From assembly GCA_951406725.2 (NCBI GenBank), contig OX597821.1, positions 117,118,001 to 117,182,000 on the forward strand: a DNA stretch of 64,000 nucleotides, in the 5' to 3' direction. The DNA is from Octopus vulgaris (lineage: Eukaryota). Numbering within the stretch: the stretch's first letter is position 1; the number at the start of each line of letters is the position of its first letter. Under the pieces are notes generated by a model. It had not been told where the DNA came from. It saw nothing but the letters and a program-made list of their open reading frames with translations, and made no database searches. The translations under genes were made by a program, and so were the position numbers. Below are positions 1 through 13,284 of this stretch, in pieces.

Positions 1-333
1 TTTAGATTAGATTAAACCGAAATGCCAATGTATTCCATTCCTGTTTTTAAGAAAGAAAAAACACTAAAATATATACAAGAACAGAACAAGCCTTCCATTG
101 AGTGACCCGACATACTCAAGAATGGTGGTAAGGACTTCTTAGCTTTTTAGCCATCAACACAGAAAGCTCTTCCACAAAACAGTCTTTATTGGTTTATACA
201 GAATGGCATGACCCAAAGAGATAATGTGTGTGGTGGTTCGACCTGCTAGCAATAATAGCCAAATTTCTCTCAAATCTCACTACTATATAAATAAAAAAAA
301 GGACTATGCAATAATGTAAACCAAGATATACTT

Positions 334-560
334 TTTTCTTTACTACCCACAAGGGGCTAAACACAGAGAGGACAAACAAGGACAGACAAACGGATTAAGT
401 CAATTATATCAACCCCAGTGCGTAACTAGTTCTTATTTAATTGACCCCGAAAGGATGAAAGGCAAAGTCGACCTCGGCGGAATTTGAACTCAGAACGTAA
501 CAGCAGACAAAGTACTGCTAAGCATTTTGCCCGGTATGCTAACGTTTCTGCCAGCTCACC
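334..560 (-). mobile_element. tRNA-derived SINE with Meta/MESC-type core (family B), full length
   Basis: Reverse complement begins ggtgagctggcagaaacgttag, has B-box gagttcaaattcc and core gcctttcatcctttcggggtc..taag; target-site duplication agatatactt at 324-333 and 561-570. Confidence 0.85.
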
Positions 561-898
561 AGATATACTTGTTGGGATGTCATGGTTTGAGATCTTTTCA
601 TCATATATCTACTTGATTAGGCCTGACCTGGGGCTAAAACATCAGCAACACTGATGTATATTTGCGAACAGCCATCATAGCAAATAAAACCAGGTCTTAA
701 AAGCTTCGAAATGGATGAAGAAAATAAATAATAATTACTTTTGTTCCAAAAGTAGAACTGTTCAAAATTACATAACATGACAGATGGTGGAAATGTCAAA
801 TACTAACTTCCTGACAAACTGTAGGATGTTAATTATTTCCACCAGATAAAACTCTCCCATCACCAAGAGCCAACATCTTTTTACCCTTGGTTCTCTAA

Positions 899-1555
899 AA
901 TAGTTGTTCCCAAAGTGGGCAGCACTGCCCACCTCCTGGGGGAAGTGGAAAGATCAAGGGGGGCATCAAAGAAAAATGGGGTGATAAAGGGGTGACCAAA
1001 ATGGGGCAATGGATGTTAAAAAAATAATCTATATATATATAAAGTTGGAGTTGTCTGTGTATGGCAGGTTTGGTAGCCTTCAACTAATTCTATCTCCTCT
1101 GAGACCCTGCAGTGCAAGTTGACCAAAATTGAGAATATGATAGAAGAAATTCAAATCGGACCATGTTAACACCAAACATTATTTACATCAAAAAGGTGCT
1201 TTTTTTCTATGAAAATCCCTATTTTTTATGATTTTTTTTTACTGCTGTGTCGCCAGTTTTCGGTGTATTTCAACCAGAAAAATGTTCACTTAAAGAAAAT
1301 AACAAGCTACATAATGCAAAAATTTTTACTTTTCAAAAATTCCAATTCTAAAGGGTCGAAACAAACCCGAGCAATGCCGGCCGATACTGCTAGTAATAAT
1401 AATAATTAAAGGGTTAATTAGGTTAAGATTTATTTGTGAAATACAGTTGTTTTGAATTTGCAGCAGAAAATGGTCAATGGTGTGGGGGGGGGGGGCACTA
1501 GAAATGGGGCCTTAGAACCAAGGGGGCAGCAGCCTGAAAAAGTTTTGGAACTATT
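899..1555. mobile_element. Decayed hAT-type MITE interrupted by a Helitron
   Basis: Degenerate terminal inverted repeats aatagttgttcccaaa / tttggaactattg; boundaries approximate. Confidence 0.45.
1028..1393 (+). mobile_element. Non-autonomous Helitron
   Basis: Starts TC(tatatatat), ends with hairpin cccgagcaatgccgg then CTAG, inserted between A and T with no TSD; 3' end shared with the element at 47414. Confidence 0.8.
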
Positions 1556-1719
1556 GCTCTACAATGTCTATTGAATATTTTAAGAAATGATAGGTGGGAA
1601 TGGATTGGTAGAATCATCAGAGCAGCAGATAAAATACCATGTGGTATTTCTTTTGGATCATTATATTCCGAGTTCAAATTCTACTGAAGTCAACTTTGAT
1701 TAAGTTACAGGTTGAAATG

Positions 1720-2120
1720 CACAAGTGTTTCGGGCCCAAATCTCTGATGAAGCTACATGTAAGAAAGAAATCATGACATGGTTAGCCATGGCAAGAACGT
1801 CTGTGGTCAAGCTTAATAACATCTGGAATAGCAAAACTTGTCCAAACTTATTTAGTGTGAACACTCGTTTGGCCAACAGACATTTATGGTTGCAAAGTAT
1901 AGACTCTTAGCAAATTTGAAGAGAATACAATCAATGCATTTGAAATGTGGGTTTATAGGAGAATGCAACAAGTCTCTTACAAGGACCAGTGGACAAATGA
2001 ATAGGTGTCACAACAGGTAGGTGAAGGATGACAATTCCTGAAAATTGTGGAATAAAAACCAGAAAAACAAAAGCCTGTCTATTATTGTCATATTTAAAGA
2101 AGCAGAGGCCTAGAAACCAT
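1720..2120 (+). mobile_element. Decayed RTE-clade LINE ORF fragment (continues at about 2706-2800 after a SINE insertion)
   Basis: Frameshifted translation KKEIMTWLAMARTSVVKLNNIWNSK, INAFEMWVYRRMQQVSYKD, then GSRSRGRQR, typical of the RTE RT C-terminal region. Confidence 0.75.
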
Positions 2121-2123
2121 TAA

Positions 2124-2705
2124 CATCATCATCGTTTAACATCCACTTTCCATGCTAGCATGGGTTGGACGGTTCGACCGGGATCTGGTAATCCATGGAG
2201 GCTGCACCAGGCTCCAGTCTGATCTGGCAGTGTTTCTACAGCTAGATGCCCTTCCTAACACCAACCACTTCGTGAGTGTAGTGGGTGCTTTTTATGTGCC
2301 ACCGGTACAGGGGCCAGAGGAGGCTGGCAAACAGCCACGGTCGGCTGGTGCCTTTATGTGTCACCGACATGGACGCCAGTCAGACGGTGCTGGCATCAGC
2401 CACATACAGACGGTGCTTTTTACGCGTCACCAACACTGGTATCTTAACAACAACTTCCATTTGATTTTTATTTTGATGTTGGTGTTGACATACTTGACTC
2501 AACAGGTCTCCTCAAGAAAAGCGATTCACTCTACGATCCAAGGTTAACACAGCAGGCCGTCCTGCGAGCCATGAACTCACTTCATTTGTTGGGTCTTCAC
2601 AGTCACAGCATAGGTATCACAACTACAATATCCATTCGATTTGTATTTTGATGTTGATGTACTTGACACAATAGGTCTCCTCAAGCACAGCAGGCCGTCC
2701 TGCAA
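2124..2705 (-). mobile_element. SINE or non-autonomous element with RTE-type 3' tail (family C)
   Basis: (CAT)n tail, gatgcccttcctaacaccaaccact motif and internal ggtgctttttatgtgccacc repeats; related copies at 8437, 10881, 25245, 44826, 46285, 53370, 54100 and 62380. Confidence 0.75.
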
Positions 2706-2929
2706 GCCTTGGAAAAATAATGGCAGCAGATCAAGAGGTAGGCAAAGAGTAGAAAGGCAGCTGAAGAACACAATCAGGAAGACTTTAATACATTGCAGGT
2801 GCACCAAATATGGCAGCGACTCCTGGTGGAGGTATTGATATAATCAACCACACCCATAAAAATCTCACCTTGAGTGTTAGATATATTTCCAGGCAGATGT
2901 GACAAATGCTTACATTACATCCATCATCC

Positions 2930-3300
2930 ATTACCACCTGACCATCATGTCTTGTTCCACTTCATCGGCGACCAGAATGGAGCATTTGCTCTTCTGCTTT
3001 TTGTAAAGAGTCACACCCCATTGACCAGACAGGCCATTTGTTATCAGCATCCGATGCAAGGAGGACTGAGCATGCCATGGATAATGATGTATAGACATGT
3101 GCTGTGGCTGCAACTTTTCCAATGTTTACTTGGACAGTGAACAGGTGTGGTTGCCATTTCTTGAACATGCTTTTCCACACCTTGTTTCTTTGACTGAAAC
3201 TACAGCCCTGGATCAAGCACCTGGCACTGAATGCCATCAGGCGTTTACATCCCTCCACCAGTTGGCCAATGCAGTTAGTGGATGTTCCATCAATGGGCTT
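2930..3300 (+). mobile_element. Decayed Tx1/L1-like LINE fragment
   Basis: Translation PLTRQAICYQHPMQGGLSMPWIMM...SEQVWLPFLEHAFPHL resembles the GGLG motif downstream of RT in L1/Tx1 elements. Confidence 0.55.
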
Positions 3301-3909
3301 CCAGTTTCCATCTGCCAAATTTACTCACAAGGCCCTTGTTCAAGGTGGTGTGCAGTGGGATTGAACCTGGACTGCATTGAATTGCCAAAGGCTAGGCCAA
3401 TGGTTCCCAACCTGTGGTCTGCAAACCTCTGGTGATCCGATAAGGTAGTACTAGGGATACCGTGAACATCTTAAGTTAACAGATCGTTCAATAACCTGGG
3501 GTCAGTTGGAAAATTCATTTAAATAAAAGTAGTGAAAAGGTTGAGGACTGCTGGACTAGGCCTAGTCTTTTGTTAGGTTCATACAGCAGGCTTTCATTCA
3601 GATGTCATTACTGCCTTGAGTAAAATAGTTTTTCACATTGGTGACATTGTTTTTATGTCTGTTGCTTACAATGTCTTTTATATTCAAACAAGGCAGGGAT
3701 GAGAAATATTGCAAAAAATATTACAGACGTACATAACAGAATGACTTCAAATGATTAATACCCAGTGCAGCGAGGCACGTGACTTGGTGGTTTGGGTATT
3801 CAGTTCACAATTGTGAAGTTGTGAATTTGATTCCCAGCAGTATGTTGTGTCCTTGAGCGAGGCACTTAATTGTATTTCAAACGGCCAGCCTTGTCGAAAA
3901 CAGTTAATA

Positions 3910-4704
3910 TAAAGACCATCACCCGGGAACAAAAAGAAACAAACCAGCCTGGGGGTACAAACAAGTGTAAGGAAAACGAATAAGAAAAAAAAATATGCGC
4001 TGACGACCCGGGGGGGGGGGAACTTTCAGAACATTCACAAGATCCAATTTTTCCGTCATAACTTCGGGTAAATTGGATATATATTGATTTTTTTTTTTTT
4101 ATGGAATCCCACGTTTTTGGTTATGGAGGATCCGATTCTGAAAATTTTTTTTCAAAAATCACCTTTTCAAAATTTCGATCCCCCTGCCCTTCCATCACTT
4201 TTCACTTTTTTGGAATTTGTTTTTTTTTTTGGTGAAATATGTAAAAAAAAATACAAAGATTATGATGCTTAAAAAATGTAAAATTTCAATTTTTCAACAA
4301 CAAAAAAAAAATATATATATACACACACACACTCAGGCCTTCAAGCAGGCTATCCACATGCTAGAAATAACAGCCAAATCTCACAAAACTGTGATAACAT
4401 AATGAAATTTTGAAAACACAATTTTTGAAAAAAATTTTTTTTTTCAGAATCAGATCCTCCATAACCGAAAAACTGTGGGATTCCATAAAAAAAAAAAAAA
4501 AAAAAAAAAAACCCTCAATATATATCCATTTCAACTGAATTTATGACAGAAAAATTAGATCTGTGAATTTTCCAAAAGTCCCCTCCCCACCCCCAGGGTC
4601 GTCAGCCTGCATTTTTTTTTCATATATGTTTTCCACACATTTGTTTGTACCCCCAGGCTGGTTTATTATTTTTTTTTGTTTTTTGTTCCCAAGTGAAGGT
4701 CTTT
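3910..4704. mobile_element. Fold-back MITE with about 250-bp terminal inverted repeats (superfamily unassigned)
   Basis: aaagaccatcacccgggaacaaaaa...gatccgattctgaaaa (3910-4160) is mirrored by ttttcagaatcagatcc...tttttgttcccaagtgaaggtcttt (4420-4704). Confidence 0.8.
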
Positions 4705-5641
4705 ATATTGACCCTGAAAACTACGTTAAGGGTATGCTCGTCTGCGGAGTGCCCAGCCACTTGCATATTAATTTCACGAGAAGGTTGTTCCATTGATCAG
4801 ATCAACTAGGACTACCATATGCAAATGATGCTGAATCTCCCTGAGAACTACGTTAAGGGTAGTACGTGCGTCTGCGGAGTACTCAGCCACTTGCACATTC
4901 ATTTCACAAGCATCCTGTTCCACTGAACAGATCAACTAGAACACTCATCAGTCTAACCGACGGAGTACCAGTTTAATAGCCGTTGCAAGTACTACGCCCC
5001 TACTATACAGGAATAAATAGATCTCATTCTGTTAGATTCTTCGGCCAACAGATCTTTAAATGTCTGTAAAACACTTGTTTCAACTTAAATATTGAAGATA
5101 ACAATCTTGGGTCAGTCACAGCAAACAGGTCAAAGATAATACTTAGCAAAAAAAGCAACAAATTCATACACACTTCACAGTAATTGCTAAACCACTTCAA
5201 TAATTACGCATGTAAGGGGGTGATAACAGCATTTCAGCATTGTTTTATGATTCACTCTGTTCTTCAGCATTATTATATTTTAGCCCATAGTCGAACCGGA
5301 TTTAGCTGGGCCAATAATCAGATGTATTCCAGACGTGACTCACCCTGGTCATATACAGTGGTGGTGGTGGACTATTTGAGGAACCTATCATCGTTATCAT
5401 GTAATGTCCAGGCATGATCTGGATGGATTGACAAGAGACGTAAGACAAAGTGGTGAGAAAGGATCCATGGGTGTTGGGACTCAAAGTGGGGGGTGACAGA
5501 GAGACCAGGACTCCTGGTGGTTTGTTGTGCTTGAAAAGACACAAGCTAAATATGGTTGTCGTGGCATACAGGCCTGTCCCCTGCATTCCTCTCCAGCTGA
5601 GCATTCTTAATCTTGCAGGCTCAGGTAAATGCACCCATACC

Positions 5642-5859
5642 TATTTCTTTACTACCAATAGAGGGGACAAACATGGACAGACAAAAGGATTAAGTCGATT
5701 ACATCGACCCCAGTGCGTAACTGGTACTTATTTAATCGACCCCGAAAGGATGAAAGGCAAAGTTGACCTCGGCGGAATTTGAACTCAGAACGTATCGACG
5801 GGCGAAATACCGGTAAGCATTTCGCCCGGTGTGCTAACGATTCTGCCAGCTCGCCACCT
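5642..5859 (-). mobile_element. Family B (Meta-core) SINE, young copy
   Basis: Perfect 16-bp TSD taaatgcacccatacc at 5626-5641 and 5860-5875; other copies at 9046-9277(-), 28370-28580(+), 34067-34272(+), 37360-37583(-), 40357-40570(+), 63488-63700(+). Confidence 0.9.
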
Positions 5860-6134
5860 TAAATGCACCCATACCAGTGCCACATAAACACACCCATATC
5901 GGTGCAGTGTAAAAAGCACCCAGTACACTCTGTAAAGTGGTTGGTGTTAGGAAGGGCATCCAGCTGTAGAAACCATGCCAAAACAGACATGGAGCCCTTC
6001 TTGTTGTTAAGCCTTACCAGTTCTTCAAGTGAAAAGGACCCTAATTTCACAATGCTTCATGGACAATTAGTTGAAAAGAAAAACGACAATACTTGCTTGT
6101 AGTTTGCAATTTTCAGAGAAGCACAAACAGAAAG

Positions 6135-6300
6135 ACACATACACACAGACAGACACACGCACGCACAGACAGACACACACGCAGACAGACACACACGCAC
6201 ACAGACACACACGCACACAGACAGACAGACACACACGCACACACAGACAGACACACACGCACACACAGACAGACACAGAGACACACAGACACACAGACAC
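6135..6300. repeat. Compound (CA)n/(CAGA)n microsatellite
   Basis: Seen directly; source of several spurious ORFs. Confidence 0.95.
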
Positions 6301-7907
6301 GAGGCTCCTTAAGGTTCCATCAACTAAAATTAACACATCTTTTGTCAGTGAGGAACTACCAGAGTAGAAGTGGTACCTTTTGGTGGTGTTTAGTGGGATT
6401 GAACCCAAAACTTAACAATGCAACACATGAGTATTCAGTAACACACCACACAACAATGGTTGGAATTTGTCGTATTTTTTTATTACCTCAAGATATTTCA
6501 GGTAACAGAAAAATATGCTGCTTGTTAGAGCGACCTGTGAATTATGAGAAATCACCACAAAAGAACATAGAAACTACATTTAGATTATCTTAACGATCTT
6601 TGAGCTTCGAATATCAGGTGAACCCTCTCAGTTTCAATGTCTAATCATATACAGAGTTATTTACACCACAAAACTTTAAAAAAAAAACAAAAACAACAAA
6701 AAAAAATGACCTGAAATTCTTTTGTTTCAGTCATTTAACTGTGGCACTGCCTTTAATCAAACAAAACTTCAAGACTTATTCTTTGTAAGCCTATTACTTA
6801 TTCTATCGGTTTTTTTTTGTCGAACTGCTAAGTTATGGGGGACGTAAACACAGCAACATCGGTTGTCAAGCAATGGTGGGGGGGGGACAAACAGTCACAA
6901 ACATATATATATATATATATATCATCATCATTTAACGTACATTTTCCGTGCTAGCACAGGTTGGACATATATATATATATATATATATATATCATCATCA
7001 TCGTTTAACGTATATATATATATATATGTATAAATATCATACACACACACACACACACAATGGGCTTTATTCAGTTTCCTTCCACCAAATCCACTCACAA
7101 AGATTTGGTCGATCCAAGGTTATAATACAAGACACTTGTCCCAAGTGCCACACAGGTGGGACTGAACCCAGAACCATGTGGTTGGGAAGCAAGCTTTGTA
7201 CCTACCCAGCCACTCCTGTGCCTACATGATTAGGATCAAGCACGCAACCAGTGATAAAATTTAATTTAGGTTGAGAGAAAGGACAAGTCACAGAAGAAGA
7301 ATGTCATTCAAAAGTGGTGAGAGTGTAGGTTATATTGTACTTTAGATAATAGCTTTCTATTGTTTTTGGTTTTTTAAAGGACAAATTATAAACTTTGAAC
7401 TTTACCTGTCTAAAAAGAAATATTTAATCAGCTTGGATGGCAAAAATTTACAGTGCTTCAGTCTGCATCCTGGTTTCAAATCCCAGTTGATGTTGATGTA
7501 CCAAAGGAAAACTAACGTTAGACCTTCCAGTTGTCTGTGGATAGGCATGGCTGTGTAGACACAGCTATGGCCACATAGAAATGGGCATGGCTGTGCAAAC
7601 ATGGGCAATGACTATGTGGTAAAGCTCACTTTGCAACCTTGTAGTTTTGGGTTCAGTCCCACTGTACAGTACCTCAAGAGTCTTTTACTATAGCACCAGA
7701 TTGACCAATGTCTTGTAAAGTCAATTTGGTAGATGGAAACTGTGGCGAAGTGTTATATATGTGTGTGTGTAGGTGTTTGCCACTTGACAACTGGTGTTGG
7801 TTTATTTACATCCCCATAACTCAGCAGTTCAGCAAAAGAGACCAACAGAATAAGTACCAGACTTGAAAATAAGTACTGGGAGGGGGTGTCTATTTCTTCA
7901 ACTAATC

Positions 7908-8258
7908 CAGGGGTTCTCGACCATTTTTTTACGTATGGACCCTTTTGATTACTATTTTATTCTGGTGGACCCCCATAGCCATTCAATGTTTAAAAAACTA
8001 GTTTTAAAGAAATTTCTTTCAAAATTCCAATTTTGTTTTTCACACATGAACTTTTGTAGCTTGAACCATGTAAAATGTTAGAGAAAGAAACCCAGCTGTT
8101 TCTTGCAATACATAGCAATGCATATATCTAAAGCAAAATATTTTCAGGGACCCTTTATATACTGTTGTGGATCCCTGATTTACTATTTTGTTATGTGGAC
8201 CCCAAAAAATCATATATAGACCCTCAAGGGTCATATGGAGTCTGACTGAGAACCACTC
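7908..8258. mobile_element. hAT/Charlie-like MITE
   Basis: TIRs caggggttctcga / tgagaaccactc and internal ggaccc repeats; same family at about 39763-40712 with nested SINEs. Confidence 0.65.
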
Positions 8259-8436
8259 AACTAAACCCGGCAAGGCAGTGCTCCAGCATGACCACAGTCC
8301 AATGGCTGAAACAAAAGGTAATTGCTTCTCCATGCAATTACACTGGTTTGCTATTCCTCTTACTATGCTCTTCGGTGGTGCTCTCGGCCATTAAACATTT
8401 CCATTGAATTCGACATAATCCAGTTATTTCAAGTGT

Positions 8437-9020
8437 CATCATCATCATTGTTCAACGTCCGTTTTCCATGCTGGCATGGGTTGGGCGGTTTTCTGACTGG
8501 GGACTGGCAAGCCAGTAGGCTTCACCGAGCTCCAATCTGATCTGGCAATGTTTCGACAGCTGGATACCCTTCCTAACGCCAACCACTCCGTGAGTGTAAT
8601 GGGTGCCTTTTACGTGCCACCGGCACGGGAGCCAATCAGGTGGCACTGGCATCGGCCACGTTCGGATGGTGCTTTTTACATGCTACTGGCACAGAAGCCA
8701 GTTGGGGGGTGGGGTTTGCTAGCACGTGCCACTCATATGAGAAGCCAATCAGGCAGCACTGACAACAACCCATGCATGAATGGTGCTTATTGCTTGCCAC
8801 CAGCATGAGAGCCAGTGAGGTGGCATTGGCATCGTTCGGATGGTGCTTTTTACGTGCAACTGGCACAGAAGCCAGTTGGAGGGGGGGGCTGGCACCAACC
8901 ACGTTTGCATGGTGCATTTTACGTGCCACCAAGCACAGGGAGCCGGTCAGGTAGCACCGACAACGATCCTCGCATGAATGGTGCTTATTGCTTGCCACCA
9001 GCATGAAAGCCCGTTATCAC
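8437..9020 (-). mobile_element. Family C SINE with expanded internal tandem repeats
   Basis: About five ggtgc(t)ttttacgtgccac units, including a roughly 170-bp direct duplication (about 8660-8810 and 8835-9005). Confidence 0.75.
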
Positions 9021-9784
9021 AACACCAAAAGTAAAGTTGCCATATCTATTTCTTTACTACCCACAAGGGGCTAAACAGAGAGAGGACAAACAAGGACAGA
9101 CAAAGGGATTAAGTCGATTATATCGACCCCAGTGCGTAACTGGTACTTAATTTATCGACCCCGAAAGGATGAAAGGCAAATTCGACCTCGGCGGAATTTG
9201 AACTCAGAACGTAACGGCAGACGAAATACGCCTACGCATTTCGCCTGGTGTGCTAACGATTCTGCCAGCTCAGCGCCAAAGAATGCCATATCACGAGATG
9301 GAATGAACAAAGAATTCAGAAACAATGAACCATTGCAACGAAACTGGAACAAAGGAGGTGGAAAGCACAAAGAGGATAAAAATGATATGAAAAATTGGAA
9401 ATAATAAACTGATACATTTTTTTGTTCAAATACTAAAACTATTTAGATTAATTAAATCTTTACAATAAGCACAAAGTTGAGCTTTTGTTGTTTCTTTTTT
9501 TTAAACTGGTGAATTCAAAGGAGTGGCGATAATAGTGAAGGTCATCAACGGTTTTAGGTTATCAATTGTTTGTTTTTGTTTTTTTAAATTGCATTTTTTT
9601 ATCAAATAACATATTCTGACAAGAAAAAGTTAAAAGTATAAAAGACCAAATTATTGAGAAAAAGAAAACCCATAACTACCTCACCAAGGAAACAAAAAAA
9701 AGGGGGGGGGGGGTGAAGTGAGCAACAGATGAAGGTGGGGAGTAGATCCCAGACCAAATGGCATGTTTAGCCATGCCTTGCAAA

Positions 9785-10165
9785 CATGATTGCAATGGTG
9801 TTGCCATGAAGAATGGCCAGCGGCACTTGCTGCAGCAGCCACCCCACTCACACGGCTTATTTCTCAGCCAAGTCAAAATTATCCTAATTTTGCAGAGGAA
9901 AATTGGCAGTGCAGGGTCCAAGAACACCTGAGGTTTCAGCAGTGACCGGCACAAGCTGATAGTGCATGGTCAGGCTCCTGAATTCATTTATTTTTCTCTC
10001 CTCTGCATTACGGGTTTATGGTTGATGCGGAGAACTTGTCACCACACTTCATCTCTCAGGTTAGGGATCTGCCTCCCTTGTATGGGAAAAGGGTAATTCC
10101 ATCAAGGTGCTTACCATCCCTACTGTCAAGACCTGCTGACTCCAATACTGACAATGGTATTGACT
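9785..10165 (-). mobile_element. Decayed CRE-like non-LTR retrotransposon, restriction-like endonuclease C-terminus
   Basis: Minus-strand translation SVLESAGLDSRDGKHLDGITLFPYKGGRSLT*..CGDKFSAS..AEERKINEFRSL..YQLVPVTAETSGVLGP..WLLQQVPLAILHGN matches the DGKRPDG...WD.TC.D...AE..K..KY...P.AVET.G..G...RGN signature, with stops and frameshifts. Confidence 0.8.
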
Positions 10166-10394
10166 TTGCTCTAAAAAGAAAGCTTCACTGCTTGCATATA
10201 ACTGGACTTTGTTCTTTTGTACCAGATTTACGACACTGACACTTTCTGGCAAAAGAACGAACAAATTGCAGTGTTGATTTGAAACTGAACTGCTAGGTAA
10301 CCAGTGATGCATCATGACCAAACCACAGTGGTTTCACATGATTGGTCAATTCAGCAACCAATCAGAATAAAGTCATGTGATTCAATCTTCTAGA

Positions 10395-10640
10395 ATTTTC
10401 TCGTGCCTTAAAAGGGCTGCTTTTGTTGAGGCAGCTGCACAGTTTCTCCAGTCTTGCTACAGCCAGATGACCCAAGATGACAAGACAGAGAACAGGAAGC
10501 TCTGTCACCAAGAATATAGCACAACTGTTTCCAGTCATGTTGGGCCAATCACATGTTGCCATATGAATGAGGTTTGTCGTAAACTCCAAACAGTAGCTCT
10601 CTTCCAAGATGTAATTACTGCTGTCAATAAAATCCTCTGT
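10395..10640 (+). mobile_element. Possible highly decayed hAT (Charlie/Buster-like) transposase fragment
   Basis: Frameshifted pieces SLATA..PKMT and TCCHMNE...LFQDVITAVNKI resemble the S..TDGAP.M.G and HC..H...L..V...VN.I motifs. Confidence 0.35.
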
Positions 10641-12353
10641 TAAAATGTTCACCGATGTTGTTCAGTTACTTCATGCAACCCAAAAACCTTATTTTCATTC
10701 ATCAACTCAACCAATCACCACCACAGACCCCCAACCAATCACTACCACCAGACCCACCACCAACAAGCACACCGAGTGACAAAGCCAATAAAACAAATAA
10801 GCAAGATGAAATGTAGAGGTTCTATACAGAAGCCCAACTAGGTGTTGGTTTTAATTTCAACAAACATCACCAGTATAGAACATCATCATCATCATCGTTT
10901 AACGTCCATTTTCCATGCTGGCATGGGTTGGACAGTTCGACTGGGGACTGGTGAGCCAGATTGGCTGCACCAGGCACCAGTCTGATCTGGCAGTATTTCT
11001 ACAGCTGGATGCCATTCCTAACGCCAACCACTGAGTGTAGTGGGTGCTTTTTACATGCCACCGGCACAGGTGCCAGGGGAGGCTGGCAACAGCCACGATC
11101 GGTTGGTGCTTTTTACATGCCACCGACACGGAAGCCAGCCAAGGCAGCACTGGCATTGGCCACATTTGGATGGTGCTTTTTATGTGCCACCAGCACAGGT
11201 ATCACAACTACAATTTCCGTTTGATTTTTATTTTGATGTACTTGACTCAATAGGTCTCAAGCACAGCAGGCCGTCCTGCGATACAAGGTACTTTGGATGG
11301 GTTTGGGGCTGGTTATGTGAAGCTGGTGCAAGAAACAGCCATGAACTAACGTATGTTCATTAAATCCATAGTGTGGAAGATATCATTACAATTGTTACTT
11401 AACACTCAGTTTCCCAGATGGAATTTGTTGAGGCAGATTTTCTAAGTCAGATGCCCTTCTTGTCACCAACCCTCACTAGTTTCCAAACAAGGTAATATTT
11501 ATCCATTGTCAGACGTTTTTCCATGGAAAACTGGAAACAAAGAACATTGCCTGCATGGCAGTGATACTTGCTTACAACTGTCACGTGAAGGTAAGGAGAC
11601 AGTATTAAACACCTGTATTATATATACAACACACACAATGGGCTTTTTCAGTTTCTGCCAACAGAACCTTCCAAACCTTTTGGCCAGCACAAGGCAATGA
11701 TAGATATTTATCAAAGTGCTATGTGATTAGGAGACAAACTTCTCACCACCTAACCATGCCTGAACCTTATTCTACAACAAAAATTTTATAACTATTAAAA
11801 AAATTGAAAGTATTGAGTAATAAAGCCAATTCATTTTTTTAAATGACTTTTTCAGTAATTTTTTAAAAAAACCCCTTTCACTTGATATGTGATGTTTCTT
11901 AATCTCTGTCCAAAATCCAACATGGCTATTTCGTATAAGACCTTCCATGAGAAGGATTATGTAAATATATCTGGATGGCCATCATTTTTACCAAGGATCA
12001 TTAAGAAATAAAATAGAAAAAAAAAATCATGCAAACATGGGGAAAGCCAATGTCAAAATGATGATTTATATAACTGAGAAGTGTTCTTAGATTACTATAT
12101 TTAATGAGTAAAAACTATTTCGATAATGAAAGTAAATTGCAAGGAACTGTGGGTTTTATTAGCAAGTAGAAAATGCAGTTTCCAGCAGAAGATTGGTCTG
12201 GAATCCAGACAGCTAAAAAGAGAGAGGTGGCTGTAAATTGAAGAGAGACTGCCGGTGGAAGCCTTTCACAAGCGAAGGCTAATTTATTCTCTCTGTCCCA
12301 CTTCAACAAAGCATTAGAGGTGAAGGGATTAAACACTTGTGACCCAGAAATAC

Positions 12354-12461
12354 CTGATGGTACAGAAGGGTTTCTGACATTTTGATGGGCACAGAAAAGA
12401 CTTCGGAGTACTTCCTGCAGTTTCTGCGTGGGACAAAGAATCTCCGATGTTTATTTGATAT
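12354..12461 (-). other. Candidate 108-bp cassette exon inside Prdx6 intron 1
   Basis: Acceptor ttttaacctgtttag and donor CAG|gtattt; phase 2-2 and open in the frame set by exon 1; no recognisable homology. Confidence 0.2.
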
Positions 12462-12588
12462 CTAAACAGGTTAAAAGTTGGTTCACTTGATTAATCCCCA
12501 TACTTAATTGGCACTTGTAATTTATTTTATCGATCTCGAGGGAACGAAAGGCTACGTTGATTGACTGTGGCAATAAAATACATTTTAG

Positions 12589-13006
12589 GGATCTTTTCGG
12601 TTTGAACGGCAGTTTTTTAAAATAATTTCCACGTAACTAAACACTTTTAAACTTCGTATACTGGTAGAATGTGTTTATAAAACATCTTTTTTCTCTTGGC
12701 TTTATTGAGAAAATTCTATAGTTTGTAAGATATTTGTTGTTTTTTTCTTCAATTTCTGCAATTTCAACCAATCACTGACGTCTATTGAGGTGAAAACATT
12801 CTGTGCCGTATGAATATGTCCCTCGTTTAAGAAACAGATTGGGTTTACTTACATTTCTGAAGAAAAAAAAAAAAAAAGATACCCTTTCCCCCACCCCAAC
12901 CCTAAAACAGATTGAAATGCAATAGATCGATACTAGGGTCATAATTATGGGTGACAATTACATATGACACCGCTAGAAAAAACTGCCGGTCAAACCGAAA
13001 AGATCC
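12589..13006. mobile_element. MITE with 8-bp TSD and GG-starting TIRs (Merlin-like)
   Basis: TIR ggatcttttcggtttgaacggcagtttttt / aaaaaactgccggtcaaaccgaaaagatcc (one mismatch); perfect TSD cattttag at 12581-12588 and 13007-13014. Confidence 0.85.
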
Positions 13007-13284
13007 CATTTTAGCGATCAAAACAGATGAGATCATTGTCAGTAAAGAATGAACACCTAATTTAAAATATGAGAGATTTAGCTCAGTTGCCAGTTAAATG
13101 TATGAACAAAAACTTTAGATATATTAAAAAAAAACAATTTTCATTGATTTTCTTACGTGACAAAAGGATAATTAAGAAGAAATAGTGTGTTTTGTTGCAG
13201 TCATTAGACTGCGGCCATTCTGGGGCACCGTCTTCAAGAATTTTAGTCAAACGAATCAACCCCAGTACTTATTTAAAAAAAAAA

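Noticed and set aside
760-895. Possible minus-strand Prdx6 exon 2
   Set aside because: No FSHP or PVCTTE motif, and the acceptor overlaps a MITE terminus
6057-6593. Many THTH/VCVC/IYIY/LLLL ORFs here and across the window
   Set aside because: Translations of CA, TA, TAA and CAA microsatellites and of SINE bodies
8590-9010. Repeat-spacer-like array of ggtgctttttacgtgccac units (also 46290-46570) resembling CRISPR
   Set aside because: Units are degenerate, spacers are related to each other, they are internal to a SINE family, and the DNA is eukaryotic with no cas genes
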